DNA of 63,325 nt, the filler included. It is 5 parts of 5 records of this genome, joined end to end, with 100 filler letters (N's around TTAATTAATTAA, not from the genome) between each part and the next. Parts side by side here need not be neighbours in the genome. Positions count along the whole stretch, not along the records: positions 8,863 to 14,609 come from SRR2962707_5173; positions 14,710 to 34,925 come from SRR2962707_5176; 3 more parts are not named here. One strand, 5' to 3'. The notes below the pieces were generated by a model. That model worked only from the letters and a program-made list of their open reading frames with translations. It was not told where the DNA came from and did no database searches. This document shows positions 12,809 to 22,208 of the stretch, in pieces (position 1 is the first letter of the stretch; each line of letters starts with the position of its first letter). Made by a program: the position numbers and the translations under genes.

Positions 12809-13341
12809 CGACCTCGACTCAATGGCGGACGACCGACGACGGATGGCGCTACGACGTCTTTCCGGTAAATGTCGATCCGGCAGAGACTGGCGAGTTCGCA
12901 TCGATCACGGCACTTTGGCAGTCGAAGTTCGACGGCCAACGCCTGCCTGCATGGCACGACTTCGATATCATGGACTTCCGGGACTGGTGGGGATACCTCG
13001 CCGTCTACGATATCATCGGTCGCGAACCGCTCGATCTCGTGTGCCGGTTGTGGGGAACGGGTCTCGTCAAGTTTCATGGGGTCGACGTCACGGGTACGAA
13101 GTTACGCGATCCCGACGGTCAGATGTACGGCGACAGTTCCATGTTCGATGATGACGACGTGGCGTTCTTCGAGCATATCATTGACGACAAAGTGATCGGC
13201 CTGTGCGACGGCACCATGACCTGGCAAAGGCGAGATTATGTCCAGCTCAGCGCACTGCGGCTGCCACTCGCCGACGATGGCGAGACGATCGACAAGATCC
13301 TCGGGGTCTCCCGGTACAGGTTGCTCGGCGACATGGAATGA
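12805..13341 (+). CDS. Stand-alone PAS-like (PAS_5-type) protein, paralog 1
   Basis: W..K....RLPAW.DF, RLWGT and RLPLADDG pattern; TTG start overlaps the upstream TGA. Confidence 0.65.
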   Translation: MTTSTQWRTTDDGWRYDVFPVNVDPAETGEFASITALWQSKFDGQRLPAWHDFDIMDFRDWWGYLAVYDIIGREPLDLVCRLWGTGLVKFHGVDVTGTKLRDPDGQMYGDSSMFDDDDVAFFEHIIDDKVIGLCDGTMTWQRRDYVQLSALRLPLADDGETIDKILGVSRYRLLGDME

Positions 13342-13342
13342 G

Positions 13343-13855
13343 ATGCAGATGGTTCATTGGCTGACCGCGGAAGGCTGGCGTTACGATGTTTATCCCATCG
13401 ATGTCGACCCGGCCGACATCAGCCGGTTTTCGTCGATCGTATCGTTGTGGCAGAACAAGTTTGACGGTCCGCGCCTGCCGGCGTGGCGCGACTTCGAACT
13501 CATGGATCTTAAGGATTGGTGGGGAATGCTTGCGGTTTACGATGTGCTGCAACGCAACGCCCTCGACGTGCGCTGCAGGCTCTGGGGCACGTTGCTGGTT
13601 ACGTTCCACGGCGTCGACATGACCAACGCGCGGCTACGCGACCCGGCGAGCGGCATGTACGGCGATTCGGAAATGTTCGATCATATTGATGTCGAGTTCA
13701 TGGAAGTGCTGCTGGATGGACCGCAGATCGGCACCTGCGAAGGCCGCGTGAAATGGCACAACCGGGATTTCCTGATGTGCCATCTGGTGCGCCTGCCGCT
13801 GGCGGACGACGGCGTGACGCCGGACAAGCTGCTATGTGCTTTCGATATCTATTGA
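13343..13855 (+). CDS. Stand-alone PAS-like (PAS_5-type) protein, paralog 2
   Basis: Aligns along its full length with the upstream ORF (GWRYDV, RLPAW, DWWG, CRLWGT, FHGVD, MYGDS, RLPLADDG). Confidence 0.65.
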   Translation: MQMVHWLTAEGWRYDVYPIDVDPADISRFSSIVSLWQNKFDGPRLPAWRDFELMDLKDWWGMLAVYDVLQRNALDVRCRLWGTLLVTFHGVDMTNARLRDPASGMYGDSEMFDHIDVEFMEVLLDGPQIGTCEGRVKWHNRDFLMCHLVRLPLADDGVTPDKLLCAFDIY

Positions 13856-13864
13856 GGGCTGAAG

Positions 13865-14609
13865 ATGACGGAATCAGTGGCGAGGCCTGAAACGATCGAA
13901 ACTTTTCGCCGCGATGGCGTTGTCTGTCTGGCGGGCGCGTTCGCCGATTGGGTCGAGCCGCTGCGTGCCGGCATGGCGCGGGTGATCGCCGACCCGACGG
14001 CCTATCCCTACACGTTCGAGAATACCAAGGCCGGCGAGGCGGGACGCTTCTTCGAAGGTTACTGCAACTGGCGCCACGTGCCCGAGTACGAGAACTTCGT
14101 GCGGAACAGCGGCGCGGCGGAGCTCTCCGCCCGGGTGATGGGCTCGGCGACGGCCCAATTCTTCCACGAACACGCCTTCGAACGCGAGCCCGGCACCCAG
14201 CACCCGACACCGTGGCACCAGGACATTTCCTACTATCCGCTGCAGGGTACGCAGACGCTCAGCATCTATGTGGCGCTCGACGCCGTGCCCGAGGAACAGG
14301 CGATCCATTTCGTGAAGGGTTCACACGCCGGACCGATCTACCGACCGCGCAATTTCCTCGAGGGCCGCGACTACGACGGCTACGAGGATATCATGGCCCG
14401 CGTCCCCGAGGCCGTGGCGGACCGTGCGGATGCGCGCATCGTCGGCTGGGCGCTCGAGCCCGGTGACGCCATACTGTTTCACTTCGCGACCCTTCATGGC
14501 GTTGCCGAGTCGCCGTTCGCCGGTCGCCGCCGCGCGTTCTCGACGCGTTGGACCGGCGACGACGTGACCTTCCTCGAGCGTCCGGGCAAAACCTCGCCGC
14601 CGTGGCCCG
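13865..14609 (+). CDS. PhyH-family Fe(II)/2-oxoglutarate dioxygenase (3' end cut off)
   Basis: TPWHQD (HxD) motif, FVKGSH, LEPGDAILFH..TLHG and RRAFSTRW. Confidence 0.9.
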
Positions 14610-14709
14610 NNNNNNNNNNNNNNNNNNNNNNNNNNNNNNNNNNNNNNNNNNNNTTAATTAATTAANNNNNNNNNNNNNNNNNNNNNNNNNNNNNNNNNNN
14701 NNNNNNNNN
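14610..14709. other. Artificial contig spacer
   Basis: N44-TTAATTAATTAA-N44. Confidence 0.99.
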
Positions 14710-15684
14710 CAGGCCGTGCGGGTTCTTCGGCACCGGAATGTAGCGGGTCAGATCCGACCCGTGCCGGCCATCCACCACCGGCACCTTGCTGTCACCCAGG
14801 GTAGTGAACTTGCCGGCTTTGATCGCCGCCTCGATGCGCGGGATATTGAACACCACCACCCAGTCGCGCTCATTGCGCATCATGCCGCCCAGGTCCGTGG
14901 CTTTCTCAGAGTTGTAACAGGTGGACGCGGCGTACTTGCCGGTATAGTCGGCGTCGGTGTTGTCCAGGTTACCGTCGACAATAACCTGGAACGCCATCTC
15001 CATCCGCTCGGCGTCGATGGCGTTGAACATCGTGTAGCTGCCATCGCCCTGGATATCGAAGGACGAACCGTCATTGGGATGCGGAATAATGAATTCGGCG
15101 TTGGCGAATACGTACTTGGTGCGCGGGACTTTCTGCAGGCGCAAACCATGGATCGCCTGCACATTGGGCACCGTCAGTATGCGATCGCATTTCATGATAT
15201 CCAGACGCACCCGGGCCACCCGGCTATTGGCCTTGTCATTGATGAACAGGTACTTGCCGTCATAACGGCCATCCGTCATGGACACGTGCGGGTGGTGGCT
15301 GTCGCCGTTGAGGTAACGAGCGCTGTCGCCAAGCACCTGTTTGCTTTCGTCGGTCAGCCCCCAGCCGGTGGCGGAGTCCACGTTGAACACCGGGATCCGC
15401 AACAGTTCACGCATGGAGGGCACACCCAGTACCCGCACCTCGCCGGAGTGGCCGCCACTCCAGAAGCCGTAATATTCATCCAGCTCACCCGGCCCCACAT
15501 GGGCCTTGGCCATGGCTTCCTTTACCGAGGAGGCCCAGGTTTCCCGCGTCATCGCCACGCCACCCAGCGTCGCGGCACCGGCCAGGGCCGCGCCCCCCAG
15601 GGTGCCGGCACCGAGGAATCCGCGCCGGGTCAGCCCCTCGCCCCGGGCGTTCCCGTTGTCGTCATTGAACCGATCGTGTGTCAT
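14710..15684 (-). CDS. nosZ: Nitrous-oxide reductase, clade I (Tat-exported; 3' end cut off)
   Basis: Tat signal TRRGFLG; FWSGGHSGE, DSHHPH, INDKAN, IHGLR and PKNPHG. Confidence 0.97.
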
Positions 15685-15722
15685 TGTCGTTTCTCCGTTG
15701 TCTGTGGCCGCTGTAACGGCCT

Positions 15723-17861
15723 TCAACCTTCTTCCAGTTGCAAGGCGGGAATACGCTCCGCCTCGGGGACGCTCCGCTTTCCTTTGCCGGCCCGTTTTTT
15801 CTTCAGGATCAGCGGCGGGCATTTGTCTTCGTTGTGATAGGTCATCTGGCAATCCAGGCAGTAGTGGCACTCGTTGACGTTGATACGCCCGTCCGGGTGA
15901 ATGGCCTGGATTTCGCATTCCTTGGCGCACAATTGGCAGGGGTTGCCGCATTCCTTGCGCCGCTTGAGCCAGTCGAACAATCTGAGTTTGCTGGGCACCG
16001 CCAAAGCCGCGCCCAGCGGACACAGGTAGCGGCAGTAAACCTTGCGGGTGAACAGGTTCATGACCAGCAAGGCCAGCGCGTACAGAACGAACCACCACTG
16101 GCGGTCAAAATGCAGCGTGAAGGCGGTTTTGAACGGTTCGATTTCAGCGAACCGCTCCGCCGTGGCCATGGAATCCAGCGAGATACCGAACAGAGCCAGC
16201 AGGATCAGATACTTCACCGCCCACAGACGCTCGTGCAGAGCGAATGGCAATTCATACTGGGGAACGCGGAGTTTGCGCGCGGCTTCATTGAGCAACTCCT
16301 GGAGCGCGCCGAAAGGGCACAGCCATCCACAGAACACACCCCGGCCCCACAACAGCACGCTGGCCGCGGTGAAAGTCCACAATACGAAGATCACCGGATC
16401 GCTGAGGAACAATCCCCAATGGAAATCGTCCATTACCGCGTGGGCGAAGGTCAGCACGTTGACCACGGACAACTGGCCCAGGGCGTACCAGCCGATGAAG
16501 ACCACGGTGAACAGCAGGTAGGCCCGCCGCAGCCAATGCAACTGGCGCGGGTGCCGGGCCAGGCGGTCCTGCAGAAACAGAATCACCAGCAACAGTGCCA
16601 AAGCGACGCCAATGACCACCACCTGAAACTGCTTCTGGTACCAGATCCGCACCCATACCGGTTTCTCCTCGGGCGCCGCCACGGGTTCCGGCCGTTGCAG
16701 ATAGGTTTCCGGCGTGGCGTAGGGCAATTCGAAGCTGGTGAAGATACCGCTGACCGGCCCGGTCTGCCGGCGCACCAGCAATTCCAGGGTCCAGGGACTG
16801 CCGGGGTCGAAACGGTGCTCCGGGCGGACGATAAAGATCGCCATTTCCGAAAACCCCGGCATGCCGGCGGCATAAACATCGGATAACCGCTGGTAGTCCA
16901 GGTCCCGGAAACTGATGATGGTGCCGTTCTGACGCAGTTGGACCCGGTCGAAGATACCGCCGCGCACATAGCCGGAGCCCTTGAACGAATAGCGCCCGTT
17001 GGCCAGCACCGCGATGGCGTATTCGCCCTCCCGCAGTTCCCCCATCAAGGTCTCGTAGCCCGCTTTGCCCAGCAGGCTGATGCCCACTTCCGGCGGGTTC
17101 AGCAAGCCGGTATACAGATCGATGAAGACGCCGCCGCGCTGATCAGGGGCAGTCTGCTCCATTCCTTCCGCCTCGGTGCCGCGAAAGGCCTCATCCACCT
17201 GCCCGCGGGTCAGATGCAGCCGGCGCAGTGCCCCCTTGCCGGCCAGTTCCTCCCAGCCCACGGCGGCTCCACGGCCACCACGGATACGCGCCGCGCGGCG
17301 CCGGCCCGATGGCGCTTCGATCAATCCCAGCGACACCGCTACTTTGCGCGCCGCGCCCATGATGGTTTCATTGACCACCATGACGGTGACTGTCGCGCCG
17401 CTTACCGCATCGACGGTCACCGTCTCGGGGTCGCGGGAACGTCCCACCACGACCCGCTGATCGGCGTCGACGCCGGCATAGTGGGCACTGAAATCATGGA
17501 GCTTCTGTTCGGGAATCCCGACCAGCAGGATAGGTTCGTGATGCTCCACCACGTAGGCGTCGAGAATGACACCCTGAGGATCCATCACGATTTGCACGTT
17601 GATGGGTTTGCCGGAATAGGCGGGGATGTTGACCACATCCTGGCTGTAAAACAGATAGCCGAGAAGATCGCCGTTGCGGGACAAAGTGCGGACCCGGAAG
17701 TCCCCTTCCGGCTCGGACCAGTCCGCTCCGGGAAACAACGCTTCCACACGCTGCCGATCCAGATCCGCCAGGGCGGGCGAACACAGCCAGGTGCCGACCA
17801 CACACAGTAAGGTCAGCCATCCCCCCTTCCAGCGGGAAAACAACGACATTGCACGCCCCAT
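15723..17861 (-). CDS. nosR: NosR flavoprotein / Fe-S membrane protein
   Basis: FMN-binding DAVSGATVT, FCGWLCPFG, YCRYLCPLG and two C-terminal 4Fe-4S motifs; directly upstream of nosZ. Confidence 0.96.
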   Translation of the reverse strand: MGRAMSLFSRWKGGWLTLLCVVGTWLCSPALADLDRQRVEALFPGADWSEPEGDFRVRTLSRNGDLLGYLFYSQDVVNIPAYSGKPINVQIVMDPQGVILDAYVVEHHEPILLVGIPEQKLHDFSAHYAGVDADQRVVVGRSRDPETVTVDAVSGATVTVMVVNETIMGAARKVAVSLGLIEAPSGRRRAARIRGGRGAAVGWEELAGKGALRRLHLTRGQVDEAFRGTEAEGMEQTAPDQRGGVFIDLYTGLLNPPEVGISLLGKAGYETLMGELREGEYAIAVLANGRYSFKGSGYVRGGIFDRVQLRQNGTIISFRDLDYQRLSDVYAAGMPGFSEMAIFIVRPEHRFDPGSPWTLELLVRRQTGPVSGIFTSFELPYATPETYLQRPEPVAAPEEKPVWVRIWYQKQFQVVVIGVALALLLVILFLQDRLARHPRQLHWLRRAYLLFTVVFIGWYALGQLSVVNVLTFAHAVMDDFHWGLFLSDPVIFVLWTFTAASVLLWGRGVFCGWLCPFGALQELLNEAARKLRVPQYELPFALHERLWAVKYLILLALFGISLDSMATAERFAEIEPFKTAFTLHFDRQWWFVLYALALLVMNLFTRKVYCRYLCPLGAALAVPSKLRLFDWLKRRKECGNPCQLCAKECEIQAIHPDGRINVNECHYCLDCQMTYHNEDKCPPLILKKKRAGKGKRSVPEAERIPALQLEEG

Positions 17862-17906
17862 AACATGTATTTGCGGAGCATGTTACATGCCGTACCGCCA
17901 GCCTGG

Positions 17907-17920
17907 CTGACATACATCAA
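17907..17920. promoter_or_regulatory. FNR/ANR/DNR-type binding box upstream of nosR
   Basis: TTGAT-GTAT-GTCAG on the minus strand versus consensus TTGAT-N4-ATCAA. Confidence 0.7.
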
Positions 17921-18017
17921 CGAGGCGAAGGAAAATCAGGATGCCGCCATCGGCCCCGACCTGATTCAGAGATAGCTACGCTACGAAGCCGCTGAGGGAA
18001 GAGACTCTTGCGGAGCG

Positions 18018-18917
18018 TCAGTCGATCAGCGGCAGCCGATGCTCCAGGCTGGCCGCGCGCACCGCATCGGGAATACGGATTTCCGTGGCCAGGGGAAGAT
18101 GATCCGACAGCAGACAGTCCTCCAGCACGCGGCTGTGGCGTACCTGCAGTTCCGGTGTGGCCAGGATATGGTCGATGTGACGATCCGGCGCCCAGCTGGG
18201 GTAGGTTTGCAAATCGCCTTCCACCAGTACCAGCCCGAGATCCGTCAACGGCGACGCGGAGAGATGCTCCGGCCGGCAGTTGAAGTCACCCATGATCAGA
18301 CTGTAACGGTACGGTCGCAGCAGGTCCGCCAGGTAGGTCAGTTGGGTATTGCGCATCTTTTCGCCCAACGCCAGATGACACACCGCCACCACCAGCGGTT
18401 CCACCGGATGGCCGAATTTGATCACGATGGCACCCCGACCAGGCAAGCCGGGAAGGATGTGGTCTTCCACCGCGTAGGGCGGCATGCGACTGAGTAACCC
18501 ATTGCTGAACTGCCCCAGACGCCCCAGATTACGATTCAACTGCTGATGCCAGAACGGGAAATCCGCCAGACTCGCCAGATGCACCAACTGATTGAGGTTG
18601 CGCGAGCGCAGACTGCCGCCATCCACTTCCTGCAGGCCTACCACATCGAAATGACGCACCACATCGGCGATCTGTTCGATGATCTCCACGCTGCGCGGAT
18701 GCGCCACCAGATGCTTCCAGCTGCCGGTCACGTAGTCCCGGAACCGGCTGGTGCCAATACCCGCCTGAATGTTGAAGCTGAGGATTTTGAGAGTGTCGCT
18801 GGGCAGCGACACCTCACGCACCCGCCGGGTGCGGCGGTGCCCTTCCCGTGCCAGCGAAAAACCCGACGGGCGGGTTTTCCAGTTTTGATAGGCGTTACGG
18901 GCGCGTTCCAGCAGCAT
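18018..18917 (-). CDS. Endonuclease/exonuclease/phosphatase family protein
   Basis: SFNIQ, LQEVD, GDFN, IDHI and SDHLP motifs. Confidence 0.9.
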   Translation of the reverse strand: MLLERARNAYQNWKTRPSGFSLAREGHRRTRRVREVSLPSDTLKILSFNIQAGIGTSRFRDYVTGSWKHLVAHPRSVEIIEQIADVVRHFDVVGLQEVDGGSLRSRNLNQLVHLASLADFPFWHQQLNRNLGRLGQFSNGLLSRMPPYAVEDHILPGLPGRGAIVIKFGHPVEPLVVAVCHLALGEKMRNTQLTYLADLLRPYRYSLIMGDFNCRPEHLSASPLTDLGLVLVEGDLQTYPSWAPDRHIDHILATPELQVRHSRVLEDCLLSDHLPLATEIRIPDAVRAASLEHRLPLID

Positions 18918-18925
18918 GGCGTTGC

Positions 18926-19567
18926 TTACTTCTCACTTTCTTTTTTAACCAGGAAATCCACCACGTCGAACATCTCGGCGTTATTCTTGAGGTTATCCCG
19001 CATCACCGCGTATTTGCCAGCCACCACCAGGGAGGGCACACCGCGGATCTGATATTCACGGGTCAGGGCGTCCGCCTCGCGAACCTTGGTGGACACGGCG
19101 AAAGAGCCGTACAGACTGTTGAACTTGTCGCGCTCCACACCGTATTTCTCGAAGAAACCGGCCAGGGCGTCGGCGTCGAACAGGCGCTCACGATGCATAT
19201 GAATGGCGTCGAACAGCGGCCGGTGAATCTCGCCGGTCAGCCCCTGGGATTCCTCGATGAAGTAGGCCCGGGCCAGCGGCTCGGCGTGCTGCATGAACAG
19301 TACCGGAGTACGCACATAGGCCGCCGCCTCCGGCTTGTTCTTCAACCAGTTGTCCACGGTGGGTTCCAGGGAATAGCAATGCGGACACATGTAGGAGAAA
19401 AACTCCCGCACTTCCACCTTGCCGGAGGGGACACTGGTGGTGCCGGGATTATCCAGCACCCGGTAATGAACGCCTTCTTTGTATTGAGGCTGCCCTTCCT
19501 GAGCCACCACGGTGGCGGACATCATCAGCCCCAGGGACATCAGCAGGGCGCTAACCATACGCAGCAT
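18926..19567 (-). CDS. dsbA: Thiol:disulfide interchange protein DsbA
   Basis: Signal peptide, EFFSYMCPHC and GVP cis-proline loop. Confidence 0.93.
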   Translation of the reverse strand: MLRMVSALLMSLGLMMSATVVAQEGQPQYKEGVHYRVLDNPGTTSVPSGKVEVREFFSYMCPHCYSLEPTVDNWLKNKPEAAAYVRTPVLFMQHAEPLARAYFIEESQGLTGEIHRPLFDAIHMHRERLFDADALAGFFEKYGVERDKFNSLYGSFAVSTKVREADALTREYQIRGVPSLVVAGKYAVMRDNLKNNAEMFDVVDFLVKKESEK

Positions 19568-19690
19568 GAAATTCTCCTTGTTGTCACAGCTTTAGCGAGA
19601 ACCGAAACCATTAAGAGTCATGAACACCCCCGTTGGTTCCCTTTTCGATGATAGGAGTCTTTTGTATCACAGTCGTGAAGGCTTGGCGCG

Positions 19691-19809
19691 CGTCATGGAC
19701 GGCCCGGAGGGTGACTGCCATGGACGGCAGTCATAAAAAATTGCCGGGAGCAATTTTAAATGTTGCTTCAGTGACGGCCCGGAGGGTGGCCGCCAGGGAG
19801 GGTGGCCAT
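19691..19809 (+). repeat. GGA-loop hairpin module, copy 1 (internal duplication; recurs at 21975-22047)
   Basis: GACGGCCCGGAGGGTG occurs twice; six GGA motifs, mostly in hairpin loops. Confidence 0.7.
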
Positions 19810-19810
19810 C

Positions 19811-19837
19811 AAAAAAGGCAGCCGAAGCTGCCTTTTT
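19811..19837. terminator. Bidirectional rho-independent terminator
   Basis: A6-GGCAGC-CGAA-GCTGCC-T5. Confidence 0.85.
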
Positions 19838-19854
19838 CCCGCGCGGGAGCGGAG

Positions 19855-20496
19855 TTATTCCTCGGTGGACAAACCGTTGAGGAAGCTGGCCACCGCCTTG
19901 ATCTCCGCGTCACTCATCTTGGCGGCCACGGTGCGCATCATTTCCTGCGGATCGTTGGTGCGTTTAACCACATTGTCACCCAGATCACCACGGCCGGCGG
20001 CGCGGAACGCCTTCAGTTGGATTTCCAGATACTGGGCGTGCTGACCGGCCAGAGCCGGGAACCCGGCCGCCTCAACGCCCTCGCCGGCGGGGCCGTGGCA
20101 GCCGGAACAGGCAGGAACGCCATCGGCGACCACACCGCCACGATAAATCCGCTCACCCTGTTCCACCAATTCAGGATCGGCCTGCCCCACCTTGATGGTC
20201 TGGGCGGAGAAGTACGCCGCCAGGTCAGCCATGTCCTGCTCGCTGAGATTGGCCACCATCGGTGCCATCAGTGCGTTCTGCCGATCGCCGGCCTTGAACG
20301 CCTGAATCTGCTCGACAAGGTATTTTTCACCCTGTCCGGCGAGGCTGGGCCATTCACCGGAAGGAGAGTTGCCGTCGGCGCCGTGACAGGCCGCGCAGGG
20401 CTGGGATTTTTCCTTGCCGGCATCAACATCACCGGCTGCCATGGCATGGGAAACCGCCGTAGCGGCTAGCAGCACGAACAGCTTAAGACACTTCAT
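19855..20496 (-). CDS. Diheme cytochrome c4
   Basis: Signal peptide and two CxxCH motifs (CAACH, CSGCH). Confidence 0.92.
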   Translation of the reverse strand: MKCLKLFVLLAATAVSHAMAAGDVDAGKEKSQPCAACHGADGNSPSGEWPSLAGQGEKYLVEQIQAFKAGDRQNALMAPMVANLSEQDMADLAAYFSAQTIKVGQADPELVEQGERIYRGGVVADGVPACSGCHGPAGEGVEAAGFPALAGQHAQYLEIQLKAFRAAGRGDLGDNVVKRTNDPQEMMRTVAAKMSDAEIKAVASFLNGLSTEE

Positions 20497-20519
20497 GGCC
20501 CTTCCTTTAAAGCAGCGTG

Positions 20520-20807
20520 TTATTTTGTCATATGCTCGATCAGAGCGCGGTATTCTTCGTCGGAGCAGTCACTGCACATACCGCCTGGCGGCATTGCCTT
20601 GAACCCCTCTTTGACGTGCTTCACCAGCGTATCCATGCCCTTCTCCATACGCGGTTTCCAGGCGGCCTGATCCCCGGTCTTGGGCGCGCCGGCGGCTCCG
20701 GTGCTATGGCAGTAGGTGCAGCTCTGGTCGTAACGCTCCTGCACCGTGGCGGCGCTGGCGCCCACGGCGATGAACATCAGGGCGAACCCCGCGAGCAAAC
20801 CCTTCAT
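20520..20807 (-). CDS. Cytochrome c5
   Basis: Signal peptide, CTYCH, GAPKTGD and AMPPGGMC..C. Confidence 0.9.
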   Translation of the reverse strand: MKGLLAGFALMFIAVGASAATVQERYDQSCTYCHSTGAAGAPKTGDQAAWKPRMEKGMDTLVKHVKEGFKAMPPGGMCSDCSDEEYRALIEHMTK

Positions 20808-21022
20808 GCAATACCTCCCAATGGGCTGGCGTCATGCTGGCGACAGGCGCGTCTCTAAATTTGCCTTTAAAGACAAACACCTGTAGAAATCCCGCCACGC
20901 GCCACACGCGTGACGGCGCGCATTATATACTACGGGCTCGCCTCCGTCATATCCCTTGTTTATGCATGGGTATTTGCGGAGACAGGGCGATGCCCTCCAT
21001 TGATGCTCGTAACCGGACCGCC

Positions 21023-21658
21023 ATGCCATTGCATCCCGCTCAACGCCTTTTGCACCAGGCCGCTTTCCTGAAAAGCGCGCAAACCGTCGAACAGTGCCCC
21101 CCTGACGAGGGCCTGGAAGTGGCATTCGCCGGGCGCTCCAACGCCGGCAAGTCCAGTGCCATCAACCGCCTTACCGGCCAGCGCAGTCTTGCTCGCACCT
21201 CCAAGACACCGGGCCGGACCCAGTTGTTGAACTTTTTCACCCTGGACGAGCAACGCCGGCTGGTGGATCTGCCCGGCTATGGCTACGCCAAGGTGGACAA
21301 AGCGGTACGCATGCAATGGCAGGAGCATCTGGACGACTACCTGGCGCGCCGCGAATGTCTGACCGGCCTGGTGTTGTTGATGGACATTCGCCACCCGCTC
21401 CGGGAATTCGACCAGTTGATGCTCGAATGGTCCGCCCGTTCCGGAATGCCGCTGCTGATCCTGCTGACCAAGGCGGACAAATTAAAGTTCGGCGCCGCCA
21501 AAAGCGCCTTGATGCAGGTCACCAAGACCCTCAAAGATCATCCCGCGCCACTGCGGGTGCAGCTTTTTTCCGCCACCTCCGGGCAGGGCTGTGAGCAAGC
21601 CTGGGACCAAATGGCCGAGTGGTTGCGAATCGAGGACGAAGCCCCTCCCGCGATCTGA
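21023..21658 (+). CDS. yihA: Ribosome-biogenesis GTPase YihA/EngB
   Basis: [23 protein letters not shown] and TKADK. Confidence 0.96.
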   Translation: MPLHPAQRLLHQAAFLKSAQTVEQCPPDEGLEVAFAGRSNAGKSSAINRLTGQRSLARTSKTPGRTQLLNFFTLDEQRRLVDLPGYGYAKVDKAVRMQWQEHLDDYLARRECLTGLVLLMDIRHPLREFDQLMLEWSARSGMPLLILLTKADKLKFGAAKSALMQVTKTLKDHPAPLRVQLFSATSGQGCEQAWDQMAEWLRIEDEAPPAI

Positions 21659-21787
21659 CCGGAACTGCCCATTTGTGTCACCCGGCGCCCAATTTTGTCG
21701 GTCCCACGATCCCATCAATACCAGACCACTTCCGGCAGTGAGCGCCAACTCTTTGAATTTTGGCTATTTTTCCCGTTTTCACGAAAC

Positions 21788-21803
21788 TGGCACAGCCCTT
21801 GCT
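21788..21803 (+). promoter_or_regulatory. Sigma54 (-24/-12) promoter
   Basis: TGGCAC-AGCCC-TTGCT with exact GG-N10-GC spacing; no credible CDS downstream. Confidence 0.8.
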
Positions 21804-21813
21804 CCGTATCGGG

Positions 21814-21998
21814 TGCAATACCGGCCCGGACCGAGGCATCGAAACGGGCACCGCCAAAACATCGCTGGGGGGCGATTCATGGTGGGGCCCAGGCCACGGT
21901 CCAGAGGAAGGGTGTGACCGCCGGAGACGGGGGTCATAAAAGAAGGGGGGATACCCGGGGCCTGATCTTCGGGTAAAAAATCGCCGGGAGCGATTTTT
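21814..21998 (+). ncRNA. Putative sigma54-dependent G-rich small RNA
   Basis: Starts at the predicted +1 of the sigma54 promoter; hairpins ATCGC-TGGGGG-GCGAT, TGACC..GGTCA and TACCCG..CGGGTA; ends at a hairpin plus T5. Confidence 0.5.
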
Positions 21999-22047
21999 GA
22001 CGTTGCGCCAGCAACGGCCCGGCTGGGTGACCGCCATGGAAGGCAGG
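21975..22047 (+). repeat. GGA-loop hairpin module, copy 2
   Basis: Same four-hairpin order as 19735-19809, with compensatory stem changes. Confidence 0.7.
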
Positions 22048-22051
22048 TTGC

Positions 22052-22203
22052 AAAAAAAATCCCTGGCAGCAATTGGGGGGGAAGGGAACGACTTCGCTGC
22101 CAGGGAGGCTTGCCGCCCCGGCCTCCTGGGGAAGAGGCCGGGGTGTCCAGAAGCTACGAACCGGCGAGGGTACTGGGGGATCGGGGGTTACCAGTCCGTA
22201 GCT
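22052..22203 (-). ncRNA. Putative sigmaE-dependent three-hairpin sRNA with C-rich loops (positional analog of ErsA/Spot 42)
   Basis: Three consecutive stem-loops with C-rich loops; the last is followed by U8; the promoter's predicted +1 coincides with the first stem base. Confidence 0.72.
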
Positions 22204-22208
22204 GTAAA

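Noticed and set aside
19691-22047. CRISPR array interpretation of the repeated GACGGCCCGG..GGGTG units
   Set aside because: Only three degenerate copies with irregular spacing, structured intervening sequence and no cas genes.
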